Below are positions 44,310-58,761 of a DNA stretch of 64,000 nucleotides, piece by piece. Made by a program: the position numbers and the translations under genes. This DNA comes from the human T2T-CHM13v2.0 reference genome, Homo sapiens: NCBI RefSeq assembly GCF_009914755.1, contig NC_060935.1. One strand, written 5' to 3'. Each line of letters starts with the position of its first letter. Position 1 is the stretch's first letter. The notes below the pieces were generated by a model. That model ran no database searches and was not told the origin of the DNA. It saw nothing but the letters and a program-made list of their open reading frames with translations.

Positions 44310-44700
44310 AGCAGTGGTTCCCAGCCCAGGCTGCACACTGGCTCTATCTGGGGAGTTTTAAGAAATCCCTGCGCCCAGGCCATGTACCATACCAAGCAAA
44401 GAAGAATCCTTGGGGTTCTCAGACATCTGGTTTCAGTGTGTAGGGAAGGCTGAGAGCCACTGACTCAATGCATGACTGACCAGCGAAGGGCAGAGCCACA
44501 CTTAAAATAACAGGCTACATTCAGATCTGCTTTCTGTCCCTTAGTAGCTGAGACCTTGAACAAATGCCTCGAGTTTTTTCTAAACCTCCTTTCTCTCTTC
44601 TATAAAGTGTGACTAATAGGAGTATTTACCTTTCCAAATTGTGAGTATGATGTGATATCCCGCAGCTCAGTACTGTTCTAGTAAGTCGTCAATAAATAAG
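44310..44700. mobile_element. MER5-like MITE followed by a MIR remnant
   Basis: cagtggttc...gagccactg termini, then MIR core phrases. Confidence 0.55.
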
Positions 44701-46672
44701 ACCTTGATGGAATCATTGGCATTTGCTGTGGAGTACCTTGGAGGTTCGGCCATGGTGTGAGCTGAGGAAGTGTAAGTGGCCGCAGTGACTCCACCTACCT
44801 GAAGGCCGGACGGCTTTGGGCCTTGATGCCTGGGCAGCATCCCTTCTGCTACGACGTGCAGAGCATTTTCCGTCTGGAAATTAATTCAGTCCCTCCACGT
44901 GGGAGACCGAGGCTCAGTCCCTTCAACTTGTGGGTTCATGCGTACTCTTCCCCCTTCTCACCTGCAGAAAGCCCTCTTAGGAGGAAGCAAGGCCGTGTCC
45001 AGGAAGGGTGGCATTCCTCAAGCTGGAAAGGGGCAAGGTCCATTCTGATGGCCATGCCCAGCCACGGCCTGGAGTAGGGCACTCCTTCAGCTTCCTACAG
45101 AAAGATCCCATCCCAGCACAGGACTTGAAGCGTCTCCTGCGATACCCCATTCCCGCAGACTGTCTCTTGGCCCTGGGGCCTCTCAGCGGTTGTTGACTCA
45201 GTTACTCAGCTGCAGAGAAGGAGAGCCCCACGAGAGGAGAGTGCAGCTCCCTCAGGGACGTCCTGCTCCACTCATGCTTCCCTGGTGTCGGGGCGGAGGC
45301 GCCCATGTGTGACTCAGGTGGGCAAAGAGAAGCAGCAGCGTCCAGCCTCTGTGGTCCGGAAGCTCTTGGGAGAATTCACCAGCCTCTCTCTGAGGCTGCT
45401 GGGAGAGTGGTGTGAGAGAACAGGTGCCTGCTCCCAGCCTAGCTCTGCAGATCTCTGGTGCTCAGGCGGGAGCAATTATCCCCTCTGGGGTGGAGTCGGT
45501 AAATGAATGCCCAGGAAATGTTAAGTGTGTGTGTATGTGGTAGGGACCTAAGTAAATGCTTGCTAAATATCAGTGAATGATAGTGTGAGGTGGTAGATAC
45601 AGGACTCTTGATTAATCCCACCTGGGCTCATGGATTGAACTCTGCAGCTCTCCTGTGCCTGAGACCAGAGCCCCCTCTGCTCTTTCCTTCCCCGCGTGTG
45701 GGACTGGACACGAGCCTTATTCGCCCAGCAGATGATCTCGCTGTCTATCCACTTCCAAAAGATTTCAGCGGAAATAAACAGTCTTGGCATAATATCTGCA
45801 GGGAAGATTACGAGAAGACACCTCTGTTGGGATTTTTGATCCAAAAGATCCTAGCACCTCAGCACAGAGCCTTTGGCTCTGGGTTCAGGCCCACGTTGCC
45901 ATGGGCCCTGTAACCTGCGATGCTTGACTTCACGCCTCCGAGGCGCGTCTCTACTGTGAAGACAGCAACTGCAAGGCTCGCGTAGGACAGTCTGTGTATG
46001 AGCGGAGGGCCTGGCGTGGCAGTGACTGCTCTGCGGATGTCAGGGGACGCTCTGAGTGGTGATTGTCGTCACTGCCCCTCAAGCACAGCGTTTCTTCCAC
46101 TTCACTCTCTGCTTTACAGCTGGGAGGATGCTTCCTGCTGTTCTGGGCATGGGCAGTGCACCGTGGGCACGTGACAGGGCATGGTGGGCCCTCCTGGGCC
46201 TTGCCATCCCCCAAACCCACACCGGCCAGCGTGGGGAAGGGACAGGCCTGTTGCTTGTGCTGTGAGAGAAGGGAAGGATGTAGGTGTCGTCCTGGAGGCC
46301 TGACCTACTCGCTGGAGCCCAGCAGACAGTGGCGGGTGACACGCGGCAGCAGGCTTCCCTGAGCTGGCCTCAGTGTAGACTCGCCTAGGCATGCTAGCTG
46401 GCCCACCGGGCACCTTCCAGATCCGGAGCAACCAGGGGCTGCCCTAGTTTGCCAGCCCTGCCCCTGCTGTGATGGGAATTCATGCTGATTGGAGCTGTGC
46501 TGAGCATGGCCGGTGCAGATGGCAGGAGACTTTTCTGTTTTTGGCAGAGAAATAAACGCTTTATTTGTCATCTCTCCTTCTAGCTCTTCAGGCTACCCAA
46601 CTGCAGCTGTGTGTCACTGCAGAAGCTCTAAGGAGCCAGGGCAGACGAGGGCTTGTCTCATTTCCCCCACAG

Positions 46673-46754
46673 GCACTGGAGGACCGTGGCATTGTGGAAC
46701 TGCTCCTGACTTCAGACAACAAGGATGGGCTGAGCAAGGGGATTGTCCAGGGAG
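46673..46754 (+). CDS. GLB1L2: GLB1L2 exon 7, 82 bp ([27 protein letters not shown])
   Basis: AG/GT boundaries, frame continuity. Confidence 0.95.
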
Positions 46755-48486
46755 GTAACTGCACTTGTGTTGGGCCGTGGGGGCTGGCGGCGGCCCTGGG
46801 CTGGCTGTGCACGCTCCCGCTGTGGGACTGCGACCCAAGTAGGAGTTTCTCTGGTGCCTGTTATTCTCCCGTGCATATGGCACTGGGCTGCAGACACCCT
46901 TGGGTTCCATGAGTGGGGAGGGTCTGTGTGAGAGATTGTGGTGCGTGGCTGGCTGGGTGGCTGTTCTCCTGCCCTGCTGGGCACTCGGGCTCCAAGGGCA
47001 CTCTGCAGATGACTGCTTCACGTGCGGGCTTCCTGTTTTCAGAACATCGCAGCTCCGTTCTTCCCAGCTGCATGGGCCCCGAACCTGGTAGTGACTGTGA
47101 GCTCCTCTCCATTCCGCCTGGCACCTAAGCCATTGTTTGCTTTATCTCCCAGTGCTCCTGGAATCCCTACAGGCCTAAGCAGTTGCCTGCTAGCAGCACC
47201 CCTGGCCTGCATTGCTGCAGTAGCATTTTCACTGTTGACTCCATAATGTGTTCTCAGCATATCAGCCTCCGTGTGCCTCTGAAAATGTCGTCCAGATTAC
47301 CCTATCCTGCTGAACGCCAGGCATCTCTGTCACACTCAGAGTGAAGCGCAGGTTCTGGGAATGACCTCGAAAGGCCTCTCCACTTGGCCTCCAGGACCTA
47401 GCTGAGCTCACCTCCTGCTCCTTCCCTTTGCTCACACCGTTTCACCCTCTTTACTGTTCCTCCAACATCCAGATCCCCAGCCTGGGGGGCTTTGCTCTTC
47501 TTCCAGAGAGCTACATGGCTGTTCTCCGAAGTTAGCGAGGCTTTCTGTAGCACCACACTTGAAATTGAACTTCTTCCTTCGTGGGGCTCACTCAATCCTT
47601 CTCCCTGCTTTCTTTTCGCCCTCTCACCTTCCAGGTAGTTTATTTATGTCATTCATCTGTTTCACCCAGCAGTACTCTTGGCGGGGCTTGGGCTTTGGCT
47701 GGTTCAGGCTGTGCTCAGGGGCCCAGGCGTGGTTTGTGGCCTTGGTGAGCATAGCGCCCTCCCATCGTTGCAGCGGGGCCCTTCCTGTGGCCTCCTGCAC
47801 CCGTGCTTGTGTCTGCTCTGGCACATTCCACGCTTTCTTTTCTTTCTTTTGCATTTCCTTCCACAGACCGAGCTGCTGGAAGATCTCTCTATATCCCTGC
47901 AGCAGCGCCTAGCTGGCACCCAGGGAGTGAAGGTCCATGAATGGCGAGGAAAAGGCTTTTGTCCCCAGGCAGAGTCAGTCAAGGACCCAGACCTCGTGTC
48001 TCCGGCATGGGGAGGACCAGCAGTGATCCCCACGGCTTCCACGCGGTGGCGCCGTCTCCCCACGGCTGCTTCCAAGGCCTGCTCCGGGCTCCGCAGGGCT
48101 GTGGCTGTGTTGGGAGACTCCTGGTGCTGGAGCACGTTTTAGCGCTTGGCGGCCTCCCGGTTTCAGGCCTTGCAAGGAAGCCCGGGAGCCGCCACTGCTT
48201 TTCCCTGTGGCCCTCCCACCTCCAGGCACCCACCTGCGTGCCCCTGTTGCCACCTGCTGCCCGGAATAACTTCTTTTTTTTTTTTTTAATTAAAAAAATT
48301 AAATGGTCTAAAAGTGAAATAATCGAAAATGTTGGTAGAGAAATACAGTGTTGCCTACTCTTCGTTACATTCTCCAGAAATGACCATTTTCAACTCTTTG
48401 ACTTTTTCTTTGGATATTTTCCTTCTTATTTCCAAATACTGTGAACATACAGCCCTGCATCGTTTGCTTTAAAAGTTCTGCCTATT

Positions 48487-49114
<628 letters not shown>

Positions 49115-51485
49115 TCAGGGTGCCAGCCGGCTCTGCAGTGTGCTTAGTTTTCAGTGTAATTATTCTGTTTGTTTTTCTTTTCATTTCAATTCTCTTTCCT
49201 CCCCTCAACTCCCCTGGTGCCGCTTTCTCTTTTAAACAAATGCTTTGCCAGAGATGTCGCAGATGCCTGTCGATGGTGTTCCTCAGGTCCTGTGCCTGTC
49301 CGGTTCTGCCTGGGTCTGATCCGGCTCGTGTGGAGGCCTCGCTCTCATTGTTCTGGCCTGCATGGTGGGGGGTCTGCTGCTTGGCTGCATCCCGCGTGGA
49401 ATCCTGCTTCCTGGAGTTCCAGGAAACAGGATGTTTCTTGGTGCTCCGTGGCTTCCCGGCACCTGCTGTTGCTGCTTCGGCACAGGGGACTCCGGCTCCC
49501 GAGCGTTTCCTGGGTCTTCTTCCTCCTCGCCCCCGGCCAAGTTCCTCAGGGAGCCCGCCCTCCCCTTCTCGTGCTGCTGCGCATCCGGGGAGCGGCCCAG
49601 TTACGCTCACCATGGTGGGCCGTGCGGGTTGTGCGTGTCTTTCGTGGTGCTCCACCCTCTCGTCCTCGGGTCTTTCGGTCATCCTTGTGTTTGTGTATTG
49701 GGTGCTTCTGTAGATTGTCTACGTCTTTTCTGTTCTTTATCTCTGTGCCTTTCAGCTCTTCTTTCTGGGTGACTTCCTGAGCTTTTATCTTCCAGTCCTC
49801 CCGTCATTTCCTGGGTCACGTTTTTCTTGAATGTATTTCTCTTCTCATAGCATACTTTAGAAATGGATACTACCTTTCTTATTTCTCTCCGAGGGTAGTT
49901 TGCTTTTTACAAAAGCGCTGCCCGCGTTCCCTTCCCCGGCGCTGCCCGCGTTCCTTCCCCGGCGCTGCCCGCGTGTTTTTCTGCTGGCTGTTCCACTCCA
50001 TCTCCTGCGCGAGGGGATGCTCTGGATCAGCCGCTACCCAGCAGCTTAGGAAAGAGGCTCTCGGCTGCCACTCGGAGCGCCGGGTGTGGGAGAGGCTGTT
50101 GACAGGAGTTCTTCCCCCTGGGATGACTGGGCCGTGGGGCTTTTTCAAGAAGGGACACTCACTTGTCGGAGTGTGGGGCTGTGTCTGCCACTGTTGAGTG
50201 TTTCTGGAGAAGTCCTGGGTTCTTGCCGCAGCTGTTCTGGGCCAGGCCGGCGGTGGACAGGAATGTGCTGTGGACACTGCCTTTCTTCCTCTTCCCGCCC
50301 TCCCCTCCACCTGCCACACACGCCCACTCCCGCAGCAGCTCGGGCCCAGGGTTCTCAGGCAGGATGGCCCCCGAGGAGGGGATGGGCCCAGGTGGGAATG
50401 AGGATGAAGGCTGAGGACAGGGCATCCTCCCATCTCATGGTGACCAGGTCCTGGGGCTGGGAGTGGGGTGAGGCCTTGGGCTGGAGCTGGAGCCGACTGT
50501 CACCCCTTCCGCACTCCTAGACCATTTACTGTCCCTGTGTCCTTCTCAGTGTTCCAGGATTTGCCAGTGTCTCTTCTTGTTGCTGTTCCTCATGGCCGTC
50601 TACCTGTCCACTCTCCGCTTGTATTTGTGAGACGTATCAGGAAGGACAGGACAGAGATGCTTGTGTTCACTTAGCCCTGTGCATCCTGCGGACTTTGAGT
50701 TCAGCCTGCTCAGTTTCAGACTGGCCTCCTGTCTTCAAAGGGCTTCTGGCTTGAGGGGAGGGGTCTGGGTGGAGGGTCCCACCCAGTGGGCTGCTGGAGG
50801 GCAGGGACAGGGCAGAGCTATGGTATGGTGTCAGGGAGACCCAGGTGTGCAGTCCCGCTCTGCCGCTACCTGAGGCCAATTATTGTGACCTAGAGGCAAG
50901 TTATTTCACTTCCCCGGAGCCCCAGCTGTCGCTTGCGTTCCTTCACTGGCAATCAGAGGCTTTCGTCCTGCAGCAGAGCATCAGGGTGGCCTGGCTTGCC
51001 AGGCTGGCTCAGCCTCTCTGGTGTGTGCCTAGGCTGTGCCTGTGAACTGACTGTTAGGCAGATAGCAGGCAGGTGAGGGGCCCCAGGATAAGGCTGTGCC
51101 ACTGGGGTGGGCGTGGGCATGCCCGGGTGTCAGCCAAACAGAGCGCACCTTTCTTGAGCATATGTTTCACTGATAGAAAGCCACTGAAAATAGCATTTTA
51201 AATTTTAAACGGAACATGTTATGGGGTAGAATACAGAATTAGCCCTTATCAAGAAATCAGAGAGGAATCTTTGTTTACATCATTACCTTGGACCGGATGC
51301 TTGGGGTGCCAAGGAAGGATCAGGCTCTGGTTCGTACAAAAGAACAAGGAACAGAGTGCATGCTCGGCTTGTAGAAGTCACAGTTGATTGAGATCAGGTG
51401 CACAGCGAGTGACTGCCTCTCAGCTCTGTGCTGCTGTGGCGGAGTCTCCAAGACAACAAGATAAGTCTCCTGGCGTCCTGGCTGA

Positions 51486-51790
<305 letters not shown>

Positions 51791-51940
51791 ACTGTGGCTG
51801 ACTTCTAACTGGAGGTGGGAAACGGTGTCAGGGCCGCTTACTTTATTGTGCTGGTGGATTGAGAAGGGTCTGGGGTCACCTAGAAGGTCCCTGGCTTTGA
51901 GACAGTGCTTTGTCTCTCTCTCTCCTCTTCCCTTTAACAG

Positions 51941-52011
51941 TCTTGGCCACCATCAACTTGCAGTCAACACACGAGCTGCAGCTACTGACCACCTTTCTCT
52001 TCAACGTCCAG
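51941..52011 (+). CDS. GLB1L2: GLB1L2 exon 8, 71 bp ([24 protein letters not shown])
   Basis: Strong acceptor; CAG|GTAAGT donor. Confidence 0.95.
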
Positions 52012-53064
52012 GTAAGTCCAGCCCCAGGGAAGCTGCGGCCCGCCCTGCTCAGCGGCCTATGGGAATTCTGAATGCCTGTCAGCGTGCTCAGCTTCCCCAG
52101 CGCAGGGAGCTGGACTCAGGGCTGTTGGCCTCTGGCCCCCCGCCCATGCCACTGTGTGCCTGCAAGGCCCGCTGCCCAGAAACACCTCTGAGGGCTGCTG
52201 TGTAGGCTGATGCAGTGTGGACATCACCCACTGCCCTGAGAGAGGGGCCCTTTTGGTGCACTCCTAGAGGACTCGACTTTTGTGGCCTCAACTAGCTCCA
52301 GACTTGCTCCCAGGGATTGAGGGGGGAAGGAAAAACTTCCCTGTCCTATACTACACAGGCATCCGACCTTAACCTGTGAGGCCCCTGCAATCCTAGAAAG
52401 ATTATTGTCATCAGCAAGGCAGAAAGCCTGGTCCACTCCAGGTGCGGAGAGAGGGAGGAGTTTCCAGATGTCCCTCAATATCTGTCAGACTGATGGGCAT
52501 TTATGCCACCCTGTAGTTCTGACTGGCCTCTTTCTCGAGCTCGCGTGCCCCTCCGAAGCAGGTGGATGGACAGGGCCATGCTGCAGCCCTCTGCAGACCT
52601 GAGAGGCCCCAGCTGTCCCCTGGCTCACTGAGGGGCGTGGATGCTCCAGACTGCCCCCACGCTGCATCGTCACACTGGTCCTGGGCCTGGAGTGGAGTTG
52701 TGCTTGGATGGACAGGCATGGATGGCTGTGGAGACGCTGGGCTGCTTTCCATTCCGGCTGATGGCCTTTCAGAGCAGGGGCTGTGTCCTCAGGCACATCT
52801 GCGTGGAGCCACCACAGCCGTGTGGGGCCGTGTGTGTGTTTGATGTGGCTTCTCCTGGAGTTCAGCTGCCAGAGTAGGCGAGGAGGCTCCCAGGAGGAGG
52901 TGGGAGGGCTGGCCCCGCTCCCAGGCAGGCTCCTGTGACGCAGATCAGGCGCGATCCAGCTGGGTCTCTGCCTTCCTTTCTTGGCATTTCCTGAGTGCCT
53001 GCCCATGTGTGCAGTGGAGTGGGGGGTGCCTCTCATACTTGTGACTGAGATGACAGGGTCTCCT

Positions 53065-53240
53065 GCCCTGTGCTGTGTGACCTTGGGCAAGTTACTTAAC
53101 CTCTCTGTGCGTCTCTCTTCTTCTAAGTGGGGATGATGAGAGTACATTTCCTTATGGTGTCAACTCACAGGGTTGTTTGAAGATTAAATGAGGTAATATT
53201 TGGAAAGTGCCTAGCACAGCAGCTGATACAGCAGAATGCC
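53065..53240. mobile_element. MIR
   Basis: gtgaccttgggcaagttacttaacctctctgtgc MIR core. Confidence 0.8.
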
Positions 53241-54869
53241 TTATGTTTAGCCTTCAAGGTCATCCTTAGAGGGGTAGCCACGCGCGAGCCTTCCCAGGCC
53301 AGCTGTCCTGCTAACAGAATGGCCCTGCTGAAGGGCTTTATGTGCGCAGTCCAGAGATGTCTGTTTTCCTGAAGGAAGGGGACTTGGACACCTCCCTGTT
53401 TAAATCAAGGGCTCTCTGAATGCACAGCACAGGCCTCCAGGTGTGCTCCATGTGGCGATGTCCGATAGCACCTCACTCGTCCTCTGTGTCCATGACCCGT
53501 GATGGACAGAACTATGCAAGTGTTTCTTGAGCACCTCCTACCTGCCAGGAACAGTGTGCTAAGGGTGTTATGTGCACTCTCCCGTTTAATTCTCCCAATA
53601 GTCATATGAGCCAGTGAAGGAGACAGCTATAGAGTGTATAAGACACCCTGTAAGTAGTGGCTTGGGGACTGCAGAACAGTCTCACTACAGAGCTCCAGCT
53701 CTTAGCCAGTTGTGCAGTGCAGTGGCCTGGCCCATGGGTGGACACCCACCTCCGCAGCTCTGGTACCCTCAAGCCAACAACCTTGCTTCTGGCATGGGAG
53801 ATTTCTGACTTGTGGGACTTTGAATCTGCTTCTCCCTTTTTAGTGATTTAAACGTGGTATGGTATGTCTCCTTCTTGGAAGGTAGGTGGCTTGTAAAGAA
53901 AACCAAGCCGCCAGTCTTGCTAGAAGAATTCTTGTAACTACTTTGGCTTTAACCCGGGTATGGCTGGTACCTTCTACTCAATGGACCGTGAGTTTGTCCC
54001 ATCCCCCTGGATCAGATTTTGTTGCTGTGTATGCGGTATCCCTCTAAACATAAGGCTATCACTGACCTAGAGATACTTGACAAGCTGTCACTGAATAAGT
54101 GAGGAAGGCTCTCTCATGCAGAGCCTGAAATACTAGCGTGTTAGTCTTTACACCTCCCCCAGGTGCTCTGGGCTTCTGCAAACGTGGCAGAGTGGAGCAT
54201 GGTCCCAGGAATGATCTTGGCCTCCTTGGGGCCGTCCTATGCCAAAGTCAGTATTCAGAAAGAAGATTTAAGATTTGTTGAGTGGCCCAGCCAAGGTATA
54301 AATCCAAACTGTCAGTGCAGAACCTGCACCATGAATAGCTGTGCTGTAAGGCCCTGATTTTCTGGTTCAGAAAATGCTGCAAACTGCTGTTTAAACTGAG
54401 TTGGACCTTGAAGAGGGCCCACTCTGCAGCGTCTGATTTTTCTGCTAATGGAGCCAGTACCCAGGGTGGGGGGGAGGGATCTGCATCCACAGTATCCCTC
54501 TCAGATATGGAGTTGTCCTGGGTAAAACATCCCCCTTCCCTGGAAGAGGACAGGCAAAGCTTGGCTTGATCCTGGACCAGTGTCTTCTTGCTAACACGTA
54601 TGCAACATTAAAACCATCAGGGTTTGCCATATCGACTTTGGGAGCTTTATCTGCTCTATACCTGCAGGAGGCCACATGTGGCAGGAGAACTGGTGTGCAG
54701 GCGAATTTGGCCCTCACCTATGCCCCACCTCCAAAGACCTCTAAGGCAGTGGGTATGCAGACAGGGAAGAGTAGAGAGGGCAGAGATCCTGGGGCTCCCC
54801 TCCATGAAGAGCTTCCCTCTTTTTTGTCTGGCCAGCCTGCTTGTCTAACTCTCATTTTGTGGTGTCCAG

Positions 54870-54954
54870 GGGACTCAGCCCAAGATGGTGATGGAGTACT
54901 GGACGGGGTGGTTTGACTCGTGGGGAGGCCCTCACAATATCTTGGATTCTTCTG
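54870..54954 (+). CDS. GLB1L2: GLB1L2 exon 9, 85 bp ([28 protein letters not shown]); putative nucleophile Glu277 at 54894-54896
   Basis: [14 protein letters not shown]35 motif. Confidence 0.96.
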
Positions 54955-56256
54955 GTGAGTGCTTGCGGTGACTACATCCAGAATGTGTGCTACTTAAGAA
55001 GTGAGGATGAGTTTCAGTCACCTGCTAACTAATGTAAGCCATAGGGGGTGCAAGGCTGCTGGGATTATCTGTGTGCAGAAGTTGGCTTTGGATATTCCTG
55101 AGTCATTTGTCTTGACACTTGGATGAATGGGAGGGCTTTTAACATTGCTTGTTCGTGTTTTTGTAATTAGAAGGGTAATGCATGCCTATTGCAAACATCC
55201 AGAAAATACAGAAAAAGTATAGAGAAGAAATAAAATTCCCAGAGCACAGAGAAAACACTTAGCTGTTTACCACGCAGGCAGTTCTCTCTGTATCTCTGCC
55301 GACAGCTCTATACGCACACACAGATAGAGACAGATGCCATCACACTCCGCTGCATGTCACCTGCTTGTGCCAGTTAATGCACATACGGACAGCTTTCTGT
55401 ATGACCAAATACAGATTTACATGACTGTTTTAAAGAATGTGAAGAGCCCCATTCTAAACCACACTTTGTGGACACAGTCTCCCGGGTTGTTTCTGGTGGT
55501 TCTGTTAAGCGCACGCCATCCCGGCGAGCATCCCGGTGAGCATCCCGGAGCCTGCGCTCTGCGCACCCGGCTTTCCCTGGGATGAGCGGCACAGGGGCTC
55601 CTCGGCACCGTGTAGATGTGCATGCTCGCCCCTCAGCCCCCGGAAAGACGGCAGCTTCAGCCGCTGCTGCTGAATGGGTGCACCCATTTCCCACAGATTC
55701 AGCAACACCGAGTATTAAAATAACTTTTAATATTTGTCTACTCAGTACATCATTGTTTAGTCTGCATTTCTTTGATTTATATTGATAAAATATATATTTA
55801 TTAACCATTTGTTTTTCTCCTTTGCTATGATCTTGTTATGTCATGGTTCATTTCCTAACAAAGGTAGAATAGGAGGTGTCAGAGTTTTCTCTCTAAGGAT
55901 GCATCCCATCTTTGTGCACTTGATACACCTGGTCAGGCAGACTCACATGGAGACTGTGCTGGCTGGAAGGCCCTGGCCGACCTGGGCTGCAGGTGGTCCA
56001 CATGGAGCTCAGAGACTTGACCAGGATTGACAGACAACTGGAGGCTCGAGCTCTGGGGCCATGATTCTGGCCCACACTTCCTCCTCCACCCCTAATCTTC
56101 TGTGATTGGGGTTTTATGAGAGCTAGAAGGACAGAGTGACAAAGTTGGCCTTGAGGTTTTGAGGTGGGACTGGGAAAGAGGAGAGTAGTGAAGGGACCCC
56201 GGCTCATCTCAGACTTTAACTCACTCTGCACATCCCCTTTCTCCCTCCTCCGGCAG

Positions 56257-56394
56257 AGGTTTTGAAAACCGTGTCTGCCATTGTGGACGCCGGCTCCTCC
56301 ATCAACCTCTACATGTTCCACGGAGGCACCAACTTTGGCTTCATGAATGGAGCCATGCACTTCCATGACTACAAGTCAGATGTCACCAGCTATG
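56257..56394 (+). CDS. GLB1L2: GLB1L2 exon 10, 138 bp (..[24 protein letters not shown]); GC donor
   Basis: [10 protein letters not shown] motif; TSY|DYDA continuity requires donor ATG|GCAAGT. Confidence 0.93.
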
Positions 56395-56809
56395 GCAAGT
56401 ATTCATCAGCACTGCTCTCCCTGGTCTGCCCTGCATGGGCATGGCTGGGACTTGCTATGGAGAGGCCCTCAGGGTCAACTTCTGGCACCTTCGTGTCTTT
56501 GGCAATAGAGTACCTGGAGAAGGTACTTGCCTGGACAGTCATGTTACACTCCCAGAGGAGGGAAGCCTCAAGGGAGGTGGTGTGCCTGTGAGCTGGTCAC
56601 TCTACAGAGAGGCCTCTTTGGCAAAGGTTGGCCTGAGGAAGTGGAAGGAGACCGCCCTAGGGGGACAGGGAGGGACGGTGGCCTCCCCTCCCTGCCCAGG
56701 CCCTTGAGGAGGTGTGATCCTGCCTCCTTTAGGTTGAGAGTCCCAGAAAGTAGAAATTACACCTGCAGCTAGAAATTTAGGGCCATGCTGTGATCATGGA
56801 CAGTTTGTG

Positions 56810-57227
56810 TTTTTTTGAATTTGTGAGAGAGTTATCACTCTGACACCCAGGCTGGAGTGTAGTAGTGTGATCATAGCTCACTGCAGCCTCAAATACCTGG
56901 GCTCAAGTGATCCTCCTGCTTCGGCCTCCTGAGTAGCTGGGACTACAGGTGTGCACCCCCACCTCTGGCTAATTTTTAAAATTTTTTGTAGAGGTGGGGG
57001 TCTCGCTATGTTGCCCAGGCTGGTCTGGAACTCCTGGCCTCGAGCGATCCTCCTGCCTTGGCCTCCCAAAGTGCTGGGATTACAGGTGCGAGCTGCTGCA
57101 CAAGCGATCCTCTTGCCTTGGCCTCCCAAAGTGCTGGGATTACAGGTGTGAGCCACTGCACAAGCGATCCTCCTGCCTTGGCCTCCCAAAGTGCTGGGAT
57201 TGCAGGTGTGAGCCGCTGCACCTGGCC
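56810..57227 (-). mobile_element. AluJ-like element with an internal 60-bp triplication
   Basis: Three 60-bp units at 57041-57220. Confidence 0.9.
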
Positions 57228-57417
57228 TTATGGACGCTTGTTGTAGTTGCCTGGTCTTTCATGTTTACAGTATTTTGACTGAATGGCTCAAAAGTGTCTT
57301 GCCTCCCCAATGGCTGAGATGAAGACCTGTGGCCCTTCCAAGCTTCTCCCTGTTCTTCGTGCTACATGTGCTGTGCTGGGGACAGGAATGACCATGACAG
57401 GGCCCGGTGTCTTGCAG

Positions 57418-57498
57418 ACTATGATGCTGTGCTGACAGAAGCCGGCGATTACACGGCCAAGTACATGAAGCTTCGAGACTTCTTCGGCTCCATCTCAG
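57418..57498 (+). CDS. GLB1L2: GLB1L2 exon 11, 81 bp ([27 protein letters not shown])
   Basis: YDYDA..E.G motif; AG/GT boundaries. Confidence 0.95.
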
Positions 57499-57905
57499 GT
57501 ACCCAGCAGACAGCAGACTCAAGTTCCAACTCAGGCCCTCGCTTCTGCTCTCAGACCCCTAAAGAGTTACTTCCTTACTGTCCCACCTCGACCCCAGTTG
57601 ATCTGCGTGCAAGAATATCCTAGACAAGGACAGGGAGGTGTGTGAGGCTGTTTCCATCTTGCCGGCTTCACCTGTTACAGGTGTTAACGCTCCTTATCTC
57701 CTGTGGAGGACGGGAGAACGCCCTGGCTTTCCCCCAGGCCTGGCCTTCCTCCCTGGCCTCAGCAGGTGCTGAGAGCTAGCCTGTTGTTCCTCTTGGTGCT
57801 GGGACGCAGGAGCACATCGGGTCTGTGGATGGGAGCCGGGTGGGGAGGACGAGCAGGCAGTGACATTTGGGTCCGTTGGGGGTGACCCTGTTTTCTGTGT
57901 TGCAG

Positions 57906-58012
57906 GCATCCCTCTCCCTCCCCCACCTGACCTTCTTCCCAAGATGCCGTATGAGCCCTTAACGCCAGTCTTGTACCTGTCTCTGTGGGACGCCCTCAAG
58001 TACCTGGGGGAG
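57906..58012 (+). CDS. GLB1L2: GLB1L2 exon 12, 107 bp ([36 protein letters not shown])
   Basis: AG/GT boundaries, frame continuity. Confidence 0.94.
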
Positions 58013-58620
58013 GTGAGTGCTGTGGGCAGTCATCGGGAGGTGAGTGAGTGCCGGGGGCAGTCGTTGGCAGGGAGGTGAGTGCTGGGGGCAGTCGTCGGCG
58101 GGAGGTGAGAGTCGTCGGGGCAGCAGGGCCTGGAGCCCCTCCAGACAGGGAGTGTGGGGGGAGGCAGGCCAGTGCCTGGTGGCTCTGGGGTCTGCTCTCC
58201 GGCCTTGGAGCTCAGAGGGAAGAGGACAGACTCATGCTGGAGTGTGAAGTGGGAGAAACAGAGGTCCCTGAGGAACAGCGGCTGGCCCCGTGGGCCTTTC
58301 CTTCCTCCAGCCTCAGAGAGGAGAGTGAGGGGCAGAGGAACAGGCCGTCCCCTCCCCAAGAAGGGGGTGCCTCCTCCGGCGGACTGAGGCTGTGATGTGT
58401 GTCCCCTGCCTGCGGACTGCACTCTGCTGGTGCACACCCCTTTGCCCCACTCCTCTTCCCCGTCACCCTGGAGAGTTGTATGTTTAGTGCAATGAGAAGT
58501 CAAAGTAGAAAACACCCACCAAACCTCCGCTTCCACCCCATGTGCCAGCCCCCAGGCAGAGTCTGTCTGTGACCCCACTCCTCCTGAGCCTGCCCACCCC
58601 TCCATCTCTTCTGTACGCAG

Positions 58621-58761
58621 CCAATCAAGTCTGAAAAGCCCATCAACATGGAGAACCTGCCAGTCAATGGGGGAAATGGACAGTCCTTCGGGTACATTCT
58701 CTATGAGACCAGCATCACCTCGTCTGGCATCCTCAGTGGCCACGTGCATGATCGGGGGCAG
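58621..58761 (+). CDS. GLB1L2: GLB1L2 exon 13, 141 bp ([34 protein letters not shown])
   Basis: Paralogous to the GLB1L3 exon at 1-125. Confidence 0.95.
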
